A DNA stretch of 64,000 bases. Origin: Sphaerodactylus townsendi. Taxonomy: Eukaryota. Every line of letters begins with the position of its first letter. Within the stretch, counting starts at the first letter, position 1. The stretch is from NCBI RefSeq assembly GCF_021028975.2, contig NC_059426.1, forward strand, positions 69,254,001 through 69,318,000, in the 5' to 3' direction. The position numbers and the translations under genes are program-made. The notes under the pieces are model-generated. The model did not search any database, was not told where the DNA came from, and saw only the letters and a program-made list of their open reading frames with translations. Positions 22,473 to 35,159 of the stretch are shown here, piece after piece.

Positions 22473-24673
22473 TATCAGATCAGTTAGAAGGGCTTTTGTT
22501 TGTTTGAAGTCTAGCAGTCTATTGATGGAGCAAAGGACCCAGCCAGCAATGTTGGATAACGGAAAGTTGTAACTCCAAGTATCCTTAGCCAATGGGAGAA
22601 TGGAGAGGGTGTGGAGAGGGGAAAGGGAATAAATATGTAGTATATGTAACGAGCCAGCGGAGTCTGCCCATGTATTTGCAAATAAAGCTACTTAGAACTC
22701 TCTCCTATTGGCTTGATATTTGGTAACAAAATATTGGGCACCACAACATTAGCAGTCGAGATCTATTGCTGTATCCTGTTGAATCCTGTGAAATAACGCT
22801 GGACTCCAGAAGTGGACCCAAAAAAACAGGTGCCCAAAAGAGGCTGCAAAGCAGCAGGCAGGGCAGCAGCAGGCAGGCAAAATGGCGGATTGAATCAGCT
22901 CCACTCAACTAGAGACACTTTGCAGCAGGAGATTCCCCTGCAAACACAAAATCGCAGGGAAACCCCACTGCAAAGCACACAGCAGGAACACAAACAGTAA
23001 GTGCACAAAGGGGCAAAAGCCAATACAGTAATTACAATGTAAAAAGAAAATATTTAGTAGGAGATCACGACAAAGTTCTAGAACGTAGGTACAGATGTTT
23101 CCAACCAAGAGATCTACTACATTCATTGATACCAATATTCCTATCTATATAAACAATGAAAAATAATCAACAGTTATGACATAAAACCTAAACCATTTTT
23201 CCAGCTTTACCTTTGATAAAATATATTAGAGAAGTACTAAATAAAGACTAAGAAGATTCTTTAGGGTCCTGAATACTTTGTCAGTTAAGCTACTGAAATC
23301 TTCTGTGGCCCATTCTAATCTGACTAAATAGTATAACTAATGCAAATATACCACTAGTTAAAAGCGTCTTCCGGGTTGTGCGATATATTAAATTCAGGAG
23401 ATGTTTGCAGGGGTATTATCACTACTCTAATTTTCAACATTTTTTTCAGAAATAATGGTTGGGTGAAGAAAAAAGAGAAACCAATCACCCAACTGATTTA
23501 CAAATTTCTCCAGACTTATGGCAGTTCACAACAGAAAAGATAAATAATAAAAGAGGTGTCTGAAAGAAAAAAAAACCCAGTCCCATGTAAAATACAATTT
23601 ACAATCACCTTCTTTCTCTTAAAGAAGACTTAATGGGCTGTCAAAGTGTAGATTTTAAGTGATGCTTTTCTATTAGACATGCAAGGCAGCTTATAGTTGT
23701 AGAATTGTCCATATACAGCATTGTCAAGTTGCAGCCAACTTTTGGAAACCCCAGCAAAGAGCTTTCAAGGCAAACAGAGGAGATTTGCCATTGCCTTCCT
23801 CTTCCTTATCTGTCTCCCATCCACATACTGACCATGCTTCTGAGATTTGACGAGATCAGGCTATACCATGCCACCTTCCCTCCCAGTAACAGAATTTCAA
23901 CAATTAAAATACTAATTTAAAAAGCCGTATAGCTTAAAAGAACAACACAAGAATATAAAACAAATCTTTAAACCCTACAGCATATAAAGATAATCATGTA
24001 GAATAAAAAGACTGGGAGGAAAGAAAAAGTCTAATTTTGTAAAGTTCAAACAAAAACAGTTTTTAAAAAAGGTACCTCACAACACATGGCTTAATACTAA
24101 GGAAACTGTTAGACTGCATCTGTTCCACAACCTGTCTGGCTCAACTTGGTAGCAGTATTGAGGAGAATGTACTAAATTCCTTTTACCATGCAATCATTTG
24201 CCCATGACTCTCTATGGGGATTTCTGAAGGGTTTTTTTAGGAACTACCAAGCATGAGAACCTCTCCTTCAAATCTGTTGTAAATGCTTTAGATAGACTGT
24301 CATCCAAACAGATTTCCAATCCTTTTAGAAACTACCTCCAGGTCTGAGACTGCAGAAGTCTTATCTGTCATAAAGTTTGTGGCATTCACTGCCATCTTTC
24401 ACCTTGGGTGGTTACACAGCCACCATCTCCAATATCCAAATACTTGGTGAACAACACATGGAACATTGACCTAGGAAGGGTGCAGCACCATGGAAATTAG
24501 CTCTGCTGCTACTCTGAATAGCAATCCTGTAGGAAGGAGTTACGAGTGAAAAATTCACAGCCAGGAATAGTTTAACCTATTTAGAATAAATAAAATACCC
24601 CAAGAGGAAACTGCCATCGTCAGGAGCACTGATGGGTGTCTACCTGACCCCTACTGCAGGCAGTAAGCTTTAC

Positions 24674-24680
24674 CTGACAT
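24674..24680 (-). CDS. TBX10: Putative TBX10 exon 1 coding part (ATG TCA G)
   Basis: acaATGTCAG|gtaaag on the minus strand; phase 1 matches exon 2 and gives MSAFIAAS. Mammalian TBX10 has a similar 7-nt coding first exon as I recall. Inferred only. Confidence 0.55.
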
Positions 24681-27600
24681 TGTTAACACAGCTGAAAGGC
24701 ACTGGGATGACTCTGGATTGTTCCTTTCGTCTTTCTTCTCAGTCTTGCCACGTTCCACTCTGTAACGTTCTGAACTGTATCATTGAGATGGTGTGAGAGA
24801 GTTTATTTTCCTTCACAGCTGGGTTGGAGGATAGGAGGTGGATACATATCAAGAGAGACATCCGCTCCTTCCAATAAAAAGCAAGATAAGGAGATGGGTG
24901 AATCAGGGAGAGGTTGGGTTGGGTGGTAGGGTGAGAGAAACAGCATGGGCACTCATATCCATGCAGCACACAATTAATGAGAGGATGAGCAGGTGGTCAG
25001 GGGCAGCAGCCCTGGGACCAAGTGTTGGTCGGAGCCAATACTGCAAAAGCCAGAGGGCTAAAAGCTCCCTTCAAGGCATAGCAGGCCCATCACAATTTTA
25101 ATTTGTTGTTAATATTTCTCAGTGATTCCCATGAAGGCAGGGGTGGAATCATTGCTATACAAACTACAGCATAGAGACAAGAGAGGCAGGGCTGCTGGTT
25201 GGCTTTCAGTTGTATCTTTACTATTATATGGATGAGGGAATTTTGGGTAGTACAGATTTTCTAATTCTTACAGAATCAATGACATGACAAGATTTCCCCA
25301 ACATGAGTAGCAATTGAAGGATGTTTAATTACTGTCTTTCCTCCAAATACAGAATAGCTGATATGTGTGGGGAAAAGAACACCTGACATTGGACAGAAAT
25401 GCAGCATGTGCTGTATAAATAATGGACAAACGTACCTATTGAATAATTTGATGATATGATTCCTTTCGGTAGTAAAAATATGTCCTGTTGTTTCAAATTA
25501 AATGAGCTAGTGTTTAATTGTATAATAATAAGCACACAAGGGAGCAAGTCACTTTTATGCAGTGTGATAGTCTGCCTGATGAAGAATACTGTTCCTTACC
25601 ATTCCAAATGCACCTTCTTGCAGGCAGATGTTATAAATGTGAACATATTTGTTTTCATGACACTCCCCAAACAAGTACAAAACTTGAAATTCCATTACTG
25701 GAAATACTGGGGGGGAAAGAGTGTGATTAAATATCCTGCTACTACCCAGATGAAAAGAAGGGAAAGGCTTCAACTGTTGTTCAAGTAAAAGAGGGCATTT
25801 CAGTAACAGGTATATCTTGCCAGGTCATTAATGAATGAGGGGAAAGGATGAAAAATATTATATTTCAGAATGTTGTAAGGTCTTAAGGTCGGGGGGGGGG
25901 TATAAAAATTAAACTGAATAAATCTACACTGTCAACATTGTGAGATTTCTATTTCCAAGTATGTCAGACAATATTGTGTTTAAAATAAAAGTCTATGTGG
26001 TAGTCACCAACTCAGAACACACAAACACCCTGTCTGAAACAATGGAGAAAAGAGCTACCATACCTCTGCCTGTACTTATTTAGTAGATGTAGCCAGGGCT
26101 GTGGCCTTAGAGATTCTCAAACTCTGTATGTACACAGACTAATGCACGGCAAAACAGATGGCAACTTACATATGTGAAACAGCCATTCCAGATCAGCTAC
26201 TTCACAAACATTATTTTTCAGTGAAGGCAGTTGAGCGGTAAGCAATACAATCCTGAGTGAAATGATATCATCTGAAGCGAAAAACAACAGGATTTTGTGA
26301 TTCTGTAGCCTAGTTAGCATGCAGCGGCGGCAGATGACAGAGTTGCTGAAAAGTACTGGTACTGCCAGTTCTCATCAAATTTAACCTTGACCATTAGCCA
26401 CCCAAACCAGGGCAAGGAAGGCCAATAGAAGAGGGCCACTGAGGGAGTCCTCTGCCTTTCTCTCTTCCCTTGTTAGTCCCCAGGCTGTGGTGCCTGGCCT
26501 TTCCTTTCCTCTATCCATCTTCCTCCTGCCAAGGCAGTGACAGTTGCTCCATAGGCCTTCTCACACCTCCTCATCTTCCCGCTCAATACCAGCCAAGGAG
26601 TTATTAGAACTGCCAGTGTTGGTGACAGAGGGAGATAAATGGGCAACAGAGATGGATGCCCCCATGGCAATGCGACAAGGGGAGGCTAGATGGAGGATGC
26701 AAGTGTGGGGCTGGGGCTGTTAGCAAGTGGGGAAGACATGACAAATGAAAAACAGAGATGAGGCGAGAGACAGACATCGCTGGGAGTTATTAATGGGAAA
26801 AAAGAGCCAGTGTTGAAGTATCTGGTGGAAATCTGAAGAGAGGAAGGGGTACTGTGCTGCCAGCTAATATTTACCACAAAGGTTTGAATTCTTATACTCA
26901 CAAACCCAGAAGTATCAGTGAAAGATGATTACTTCCAAATTTATATCAGATCATGCAGAAAAACAGGGCTGCCAGTATTAACTCTTTATCCCATGGTCTT
27001 TCAGTGTTAGAGCCAGTCTCCCCCGTGGTTTAATGTACCACCTCCGGGTTTGCCTTTGTTCTGTTCATTTGGCAGCCCCATACTAATACCTGATACTGGA
27101 GCATTCCCAAGAGTGCAGGATGCTGCTGCTGGTAGTCAGTATCCTGTGCTTACTCTGCAGAGGGGAAATAATAAACAGAAATGCTCCTCAGCAAATCAAT
27201 GAAAGTACAGCAAATGAACTGGAGTCTGTTTTTATTTAAAACATCACATTTACAATGGCAGAGCTCCTAGCTTCAAATCCAGCATTACACTTTTAGTTGC
27301 TGAGACTACCACGGTATCAGGGACAGAAGAGCAGCAAGTGGGCTGGATTAAAAAAACAACCCTAAGATCAGATCCCCTCACAATCTTGAATCCTGCTTGA
27401 TGGCGCCAACCCAATTATCATCCCTCAACCAAAGCCACCTCACAGAGTTGTTGAAAAGTTGAAACAGAACTGGGAATCTGAACTCTGTGGATGAAGGATG
27501 GGATAACAACAAAAGAAGATTCAGAACAAGTTTCTAAGGTTTGCGCTTGGATATGTTCAAGATTAAATTTCAAAAAATACAGTGCACTTTTGTTTAGTTA

Positions 27601-27689
27601 TTTTATAGTTAAAAGGCAGAACTATAGATACTCCTGAAAAGAATAACAGTCCATAGGCCATATACCCATTAAAAAAAAAACTTTGACAG

Positions 27690-28211
27690 TGTAACCCCTA
27701 TGTTCAGAATGGGTTGACCCAGAAAGGGGTGGAGACTCAAAGCTGCAAAAACTGGTGAAGTTGGAGGAAGCAAGGCTACCAGGCTGGGACCTTGATTTAA
27801 TTCTTTATAAACTCTTAACACCTTGTTTAAGGTAACTGCAAAGTTGTTGGGAACTAGTGGAAAGGGAGTTGTTTATTTTTGCTGTATTGTAAATGTTAGA
27901 ATTTATTGTTTCAGGGCTTGTTATATATGTAGTTGATGGGAGTTCTTTTGGGGACCTTCATCATCTTGGATCCGGTTCACCATGCCTCTGAAGTCTTCAT
28001 AAGCCAACCACCAGCAAAGAAGAATTTGACTTGGCATTATCAGTAGACTGTAAATATGAGGACTTGAAATGCAGCCTAAAAGGACTGTAAATTGTTGATG
28101 TTAAATGTTAAAAGTGTTATCTGTTGAGGAAGTAAACCATTTTGTTTTAAATTTAGTTCTTTGCAACTCCTTCCAAGTTCTGCCTCACAGAACCCACTGA
28201 TAGAGGTTACA
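27690..28211 (+). mobile_element. Solo LTR (ERV1- or Gypsy-like)
   Basis: TGTAACC...GGTTACA termini; 4-bp TSD ACAG; internal TATAAA near 27805 and AGTAAA near 28131; 522 bp. Confidence 0.85.
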
Positions 28212-28859
28212 ACAGCAAACTCCAAAAAAGAATTTTGCCACACCTGCTACACAGTTTTGATTTAGATCATTAAGAAGCAACCTCAATTTTGCAACCTCAG
28301 GAAAAGGGGCAAATTTAACTATCCGTTTAGTCAGAAACTTTTCCTTTTTGCTTCATATTTAGGACAGTCAAAAAACACATTTAGAGATGAATCAAGTGCA
28401 TTCATTTGACAGCCGCAGAAGCTTTATTTGAATTTGATTTGAGGTTTATGAATAATTATCATTCATCTGTTGGGAGTGCTTTATAGCATGCAATCACATA
28501 TGCTCGTCTCAATTTAGGGACTGTTAACATATAGAAATACAAACATAAAACAGCATTAGCAGCAATTTGATACCTAAATTTAAAGGAGAACACTTCCTCA
28601 TGGTGTTTTTTTTTTTGGGGGGTGGATATCATTCCAGTCATATTTAACTAGTTTCTGAGTCCATGACGTGAGTCTTTGCTCAGTTAACCCACCAGTTGAA
28701 CAGTGCTCTGTTTCATTTTGCCCTCAACTGCTCTATGCCACCTTAGCCAGCTATGTTCCCATATTGCTAGCACTGCAAAAACAGGAACATTCTTTACACT
28801 AGATGAGTGATACTTATAATTTATAACAGTTTTCCATATCAATGTAGGAAGGGCAATGT

Positions 28860-29320
28860 AGGAGTTCCGGATCATGTTCAAAGTGTTGGTTTTAACCTTC
28901 AAAGCTGTGAGTGGTCTCGGACCTTCATATCTGAGGCACCGCCTCTCCCCATATTGTCCCACTAGGTTCCTCCGTTCTTCGAAGGAAAACCTGTTGGAGG
29001 TTCCTGGCCTGAAAGACATCTGGCTTGCCTCCTACCTGGTGGAACAAGCTCCCTAGGGAGATCAGGGCCTTGCAGGGATTCACAAAGTTTCCACAAGGCC
29101 TGCAAGACAGAGCTGTTCTGCCAGGCATTTCCATCTGGCCAGCCGGGTTGACTGCTATATCTGATTATCATATTACCATCTTGGCCCCTCGGAAGGAGGG
29201 AGGGTTTTTGCCATCTGTTTTATTATTATTCTATTGTATTGGCTGGTTTTTATTGTTTGCCACCCTGAGCCCTGGAGGGGAGAGCGTGATATACATTGAA
29301 TTATAAAATAAAAATAAATA
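28860..29320 (+). mobile_element. L2 LINE 3' fragment
   Basis: FKVLVLTFKAVSGLGPSYLRHRL...RSS and WNKLP motifs; (A3-4T)n tail. Confidence 0.85.
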
Positions 29321-29324
29321 AAGC

Positions 29325-29900
29325 TCAAGCTGTATTACATCAGAAGCGATACATAATGGAAGGGCCAGTAATTTATGAAAGAAGATAAATTGTAATTTTT
29401 CAAGTTTCTCTACTGGAGCCCAGTGGCATACCACCAACCGGGTGTGGGGGGGGCGCAACACCCCGGTCGGAGCAGCAGTGGAGGCGTGGCAGGGGTGTGG
29501 TGGGGATGTGCCATGGTGTTCCGGGGGAGGGGCGGGTGGCGGTGCGGCAGGGGTGCAGGGCATGTGCGTGCTCATGCCTCAGGTGCAGTTTCTCCTCGCT
29601 CCGCCCCTGATGGTTCCTAAAACCAAATCTCGGAGCCATATAGAATATGTGGTAATATCAAGACTTTATAAGCTTTTTAAAGTGCTGGAATGTACAGAGC
29701 ACCTTTAGCACAGAAAAATGTCCTTAAAGCGAACTGTGCTGAATCGACTTTCTACTTAAGGTGTTTGATGTGTGTATACCATTGCAGATTTGATTGGGAA
29801 ACTATTCCTAAGTATCTAAATTCATTAGTCCAAATTTGGTTTTATAGCAAATTTGGAAAATACCATAAATTTGGATTTATTGTCATTTATTTCTAGAAGT
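29325..29900 (-). mobile_element. RTE-X-like LINE fragment interrupted by a hAT MITE (29421-29609)
   Basis: Minus-strand FRYLGIV, ILYGSEIW and LEKLQFIFFHKLLALP...IQLEL flank a GC-rich cagtggc...gcccctg element. Confidence 0.7.
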
Positions 29901-30747
29901 TCAATTCAATTAAAAATGTGTGTCCAGGTTGATGTGAATAGCCTTCTCTGTACCCCAAATGGCTCCACTGCTTTCTTTCCCTTCTAGAGTCTGCAGTCAT
30001 CTGAAATCACTTTGAAAGACACATCTTGCCTTTCCAAAAAGCTGTGCTGTCCATGTGGGGGCTACATTTTTTTGCTATAGCCAGCCTTATTATAGAATTA
30101 TTGTTTTACTTAACCTTATATTAAGAAGCACTCTTGGTTCTTCTTGGTATATTTTTGGTAACCTTTATCCATAAAAGAAATAACAAACCACTATAGAGAT
30201 TACCCAGGACAGATATTGTTAATGCAGCTGCAGCTGTTGCTATTGTTACGCCACACCACGCCCCCTTGTTGGCCCAGCCACACCTCCGCTGCTGCTCCGC
30301 CCGGGGTGTTGTACTTCCCCGCCCTGTGGGCCCTATGCCGCTGGTCAGAAAAGGAGCCCAATGTTTTAACCCCTCCAGTTATCTGACTTACTGATCTATT
30401 CCTCCCCTACTCATAGAAGCAAGAGACAGAGCAAAATCCCTTACTTCCAACAATTACCTATAATGACCTCATAGGATTTTCAAGACAAGAAGCTAATAGA
30501 GTCAGTTTGCATTACCAGCCTCTGTAGGTTTCCCAGCCAAATACTAACCAGGGTTGATCAGAACAAAGCCATAATTTAATGAGATCGGGCTATCCAGGCT
30601 AGGGATGCTCAAACATCTGCAACTTCAGCTTACATCCTGTTCTCCAGTTGGGAAAAGGAGCCAGTTTTTTGATGGACTATTCATATTCTGACTATTTGGT
30701 AGGTTGCTTCATTGTATTCCTTCCTACACAGCTATACAGTAAAAACA

Positions 30748-30773
30748 GTGTGTGTGTGTGTGTGTGTGTGTGT
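30748..30773. repeat. (TG)n microsatellite
   Basis: About 12 uninterrupted TG units. Confidence 0.95.
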
Positions 30774-31029
30774 TCTTACAGAGCTCCAGGGTGTTCTGTC
30801 CTGCCCTACTGTCCCAGTCAGCAGGCAATAGATATTTAAATCAGTCTCAAACCCTAAATAAATAAATCTTTTTAAAACTCTCCTGTCATTTGGTGTTTGT
30901 CTAAAATGTGATCTATTCCCTTCCTTTCCATGGCCTATACACCTTTAATGTTTTGGTCCAAAAGAGTAGGTAACAATCCTATACAAAAGCCTGTATCACT
31001 CATTCAGAACTGATCACTGCAATCTGGAA

Positions 31030-31332
31030 AAATGTCCAAAGTTTCTCTTCCCCACCTTCCCACTGCACATTTCATTTCATGACATCAGCTTGCAACAAGC
31101 AACCTTGGTACAGATACCGTGTGATCCATAGGTCACTGTTTGTCACAACCAGAAAATCATTCACCAGGCTCTAAGTAAAAAGAGTTAAAGGTTACTTTAG
31201 GTTTATTTTCCTGTGCCTGTGAGCTTGTGTGTTTAGCAGTTATAAACAGTTCACTTAACTGGTAGGCACCATCTTCAGCTAAGATCATTTCTGAAACTTC
31301 AAGAGGATACGTGAAGGTTCTGCCTGGTAAGA
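31030..31332 (+). promoter_or_regulatory. Putative ACY3 promoter and non-coding exon 1
   Basis: DR1 nuclear-receptor motifs (GAGTTA-A-AGGTTA 31182-31194; GATCCA-T-AGGTCA 31123-31135), TATAAA 31241-31246, donor CTG|gtaag at 31326/31327. Confidence 0.45.
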
Positions 31333-31590
31333 ATTCCTTTTTTTTTCCTTTGGTGCACTGTCACTTATCACATAAGCTAAAAGTTTATTCTGGGCACCAG
31401 AATTGTTTTCACCAAAATTTGGCCTAAGCTGAGGTAAATACCTTTAAAATTCCCATTTTGTTTTCATCATGGAAATCAAGGCAGCATACATAGGGCTCCC
31501 AGGAGATCCAGGCACTGGCCAGGGAAATAAATAGAAAGCATTAAAAAGAATAATATGTTGAATAGATACAAATCTACTTAGCTTCAGCAA

Positions 31591-32609
31591 TCTATATATA
31601 TAAAAAGCTAACAGTGTATTTGTTAGTGGTAGTATAACTCAATAACTGCTGGGCCAATTCCTCTGAAAATTCCCAGCCACTGTAGTCAGCCAGGTGAGAG
31701 TGTTTTTAGATATTCACATACCTGAAATTTCACACATGGCCCAGGTAAAACACCTTTTTCCTTGCACTCCATGGTGAAGGACATGCAGCTGCCTGTGTGT
31801 AACTGTCACCCTTAGAATGTTCATGAGGGTTAGAATGTTCGCTCAGATGGCCAGATATGAGCAGTGAAAACAGTACATAGGCAGTAACTGGAGTGGAAGT
31901 GAAACACATACACATACATACACACGAGGGAGAGGGAGGGAGGGGTGGCATGCAAGGGAAGAGAGGGAGGGAGAGGAAAGGGACGGAGGGGGAGGCATGC
32001 AAGGCAAGAGAAGTGAGAGAGGGGAGAGAGTGAGGGGTGACATGCAAGGGAGGGGAGGCAGGGGGCCTTGATATGACCCACCATCTTGATATGACCCACC
32101 TACCCTAGCGGAGGGAAAGGGGAGGGAGGGAGGGGGAGGGGTGGCATGCAAGGGAAGAGAAGTAAGGGAGGGAAGAGAGTGAGGGGCGACATGCAAGGGA
32201 CGGGAGGGAGGGCCCAGGCACCCTAGATTCCCTGAATACTGCGGTTACATTTAAGAAAACCAGGCACACATTACTCAGGAGTAAGCTTGGTAAAGCAACC
32301 GTGACATACTTTGCATGGCTGCGTCGCACCCCTCAGAGGGTTTCCTCAGAAGTGACACCCATTGCCACCAACCAAACTTACTCCCAGGTAAAGGATCATG
32401 ACCAGCCAGCCTAGATGTGTGGGAGAGGTGCCTTTCCATTCCACCCCTCCCCCCTGGAATGCAGGCACACACATCAATGACATCCCACAGTATCAGGCTG
32501 CGTGTTTGCATGAGCATATACTGCTGGCCTCTGCAATTGATTTGCTACTACTGTTCCTTTCCCATTTCACCACAATAAGCCACAGCAATGCGTGGCCAGG
32601 CCCCGCTAG
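31591..32609 (+). mobile_element. Non-autonomous Helitron
   Basis: A|TCTATATATA 5' end; hairpin GCCACAGCAATGCGTGGC; CTAG|T 3' end; no TSD; internal purine-rich minisatellite about 31925-32210. Confidence 0.9.
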
Positions 32610-32979
32610 TATTCCAAAATCATGCATCCTCCAACAATTCATGGGAATTTTAATTTAAAATGCTTTCTTTAAAAAATACAATCTATACCCACAAAACAAT
32701 GCAACCACAATAAAAGGAAGAATAGGAAAACATGTGAAGAGAGCAACACTATGAGTTTCAAAAATGCTTGCAAATATTGTTATTATCATCAATAATCAAC
32801 AGTATACAGTCCCACCCACTAAAACTTTTCTTCACAGCAACAATATTTTCTAGCTTCTGCTATTGTTCTTCTTAGCAAAGCATATTAAAGAGAAACTAGT
32901 TAGTGATGTTCTTGTTAATACATTAGCCAGTAAGTACAATGTCGAAGTTCATTATAATACAAATTAAAGTTTTAGAAAA

Positions 32980-33130
32980 GAGCAAGATTTCAGATGGTAT
33001 CTGAAGAAGTGAGCTGTGACTCATAAAATCTCATACTGTGTCAGAAATTTTGTTTATCTTGAAGGTGCTACTTGACTCCTGCTCTTTTCTACTGCTACAG
33101 TTCGGCTAACATGGCTACCCATTGAGATCT
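32980..33130 (+). mobile_element. Penelope pseudo-LTR fragment with degenerate hammerhead core
   Basis: CTGAAGA-AGTGAG-ctgtga-CTCA(t)aaa at 33001-33029, followed by typical aggtgctac...gctaacatggctacc sequence. Confidence 0.65.
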
Positions 33131-35159
33131 AAATCAAAAGTTTGCAAGTTTAAAAGGCTGGGACAAATATATGAGGAAATACAGCAGTTCCCAGCACTGG
33201 AAGTTGTACATAAAGATTGTTAGTACCATCAATAACAAGCAGGGTTTAAATCCTTGCCTGCTGAAACATTCTTTTGTGGCAACACATACACATATATGCA
33301 TATAAAGTACAAATCATGACCTGCCAGCCCTTTGCCGCCCGAGGACAGTACCACCACCTCTTGGAGCCTTTTGACCCAATAATCACACAACACTCATGGC
33401 TGGGGAAAATTATTTGGCCATAGTCAGTCGTTTATTGTGCAGTAAGAAGTGTGAGGCGAAGCATGGGATTCTGATCTGATTTTTAACACTGGCAGCCCCT
33501 CCTCAGAGGTGCCTCTAGGGCAAGCTGCTCTTCCTGCCACCCTGCTGGCTGACGGATGCCAATGCCGCTACCGTGGAGCTCCAGTGGGCAGGCAGCCTCT
33601 TACTGGAGCTCTGTTGCAATTTTCGGCTGGGCGGTCGGCCTCTTGCCATAGCATTTCATACCACTGTGGGGGAGGGGAGGTAGCTCCCTAGCTTCCCTCC
33701 CCCAGCCCCTCAGATCAATTCCCATGCGCCAACCGCCGAATTGCTACGACAAAGCAGCATGCATTAACACATCACCAAAATATGAAAAGGGGAGAGGTGG
33801 GTGGGCAAGTTGTTGGCCGGCCAGGGTGCATGGTCTGAGGACAAAGGCCGGGCCGGCCTTAAGTAAGCTCCAGCTGGCCTCCCCCTCTGATACTGCCCTG
33901 CCCTCATGGGGCATGGCTGTGAGGCCCCCCATCCACCCTTACTAGGGCGAATGTCAAGGGTCTCCTCCTGCCCTTCCCGGGCAGCAGCTGCGGCCGTGGT
34001 GATTCACAGCCATTCTTTCCTGAAGAGCCACTCTAGCAGATGACCATGCTCCACACTCCTTGTGCTGTCCTTAAAGTATGATTGCCAACTTCTAGGTGAT
34101 AGCTGGAGATCTCCCAGAATTACAATTGATCTCCAGGTGACAGAGATCTGTTTCTCTGGAGAAAATTCCACCATATTCAAAATATTATTATGGGGTAGGT
34201 GAACTATAGAAGTACAGTCAATCCACTAACACCCAAAAAGGTTAGTTCACTTGTCCCAAAACAATGATTCTTTTATTATTATTATTTATTATTATTATTT
34301 ATTGGGTTTATAGACCGCCCTCCCCCGAAGGGCTCAGAGCAGTGAACAACATATAACAGAGCACAATAATAAATTAAAATCCAATAAATATAAGTTAATA
34401 TGGCTCTAAAAATAAACCCTATCTTATTAAAAATAAACATTATTAAACTTAGCATTAAACTAACATTAAAACAAGATGGCGCCAGCTTCAGTTCACCCAG
34501 AGCGCCAGAGGGGGGTTGAGGCGGTGGATCCACTTTAAATATCTTTATAATATAATGTACATACAAAAAATGCTTCTCTAATCATTCACCAAAATGAATA
34601 ATGTAAACTTACAAGTGACTACAATGTTTGCAGTACAGAGACATTTTTTTTAGTTGTTTAAACAAAAAGTCATTTCAACTTATTTGTCAGTAATCATCAG
34701 CCATATTCTGGCTTGGACAATCTTTTTTAATTATTATTGTTTAAACAATAAAATTTAACAACATGCATATTTGCCAGTCATCAAATCATTAATCATATTT
34801 TGGCTTGGGTTAACCAAACTATGGCAGGTTTGGTCTCAGAAATCCTTCAGTAGGCCCAATACCTAAGAGTTAGAGTAGCAAGTTAATGCAAAAAATGTAT
34901 TTTCACGTTATTATGCACGATATCCAGATCATACCAAACCACAAATTAGATTATTACTAACTTGCAGCTCAATTTATAATATGCTCAAAGAGGTTTGAAC
35001 TAATAGTTTCTGCCTTTGCTCTTCCTGTAAAATGAAAAATTCAAAATTGTATCGACTTAACTACATTTCAAAATATAAAGAACAAGAAACCTTTTTCAAA
35101 TGTAAAAATATATGAAGTCTTTAAATCAAAGATAAATACTGAGACTACCGCTGCCTGCT

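Noticed and set aside
20972-22748. Possible LTR (TGTTGT...ACAACA) split by the RTE-X insertion
   Set aside because: The 3' part has AATAAA and a CA end, but the flanks (ttca vs ttag) give no TSD.
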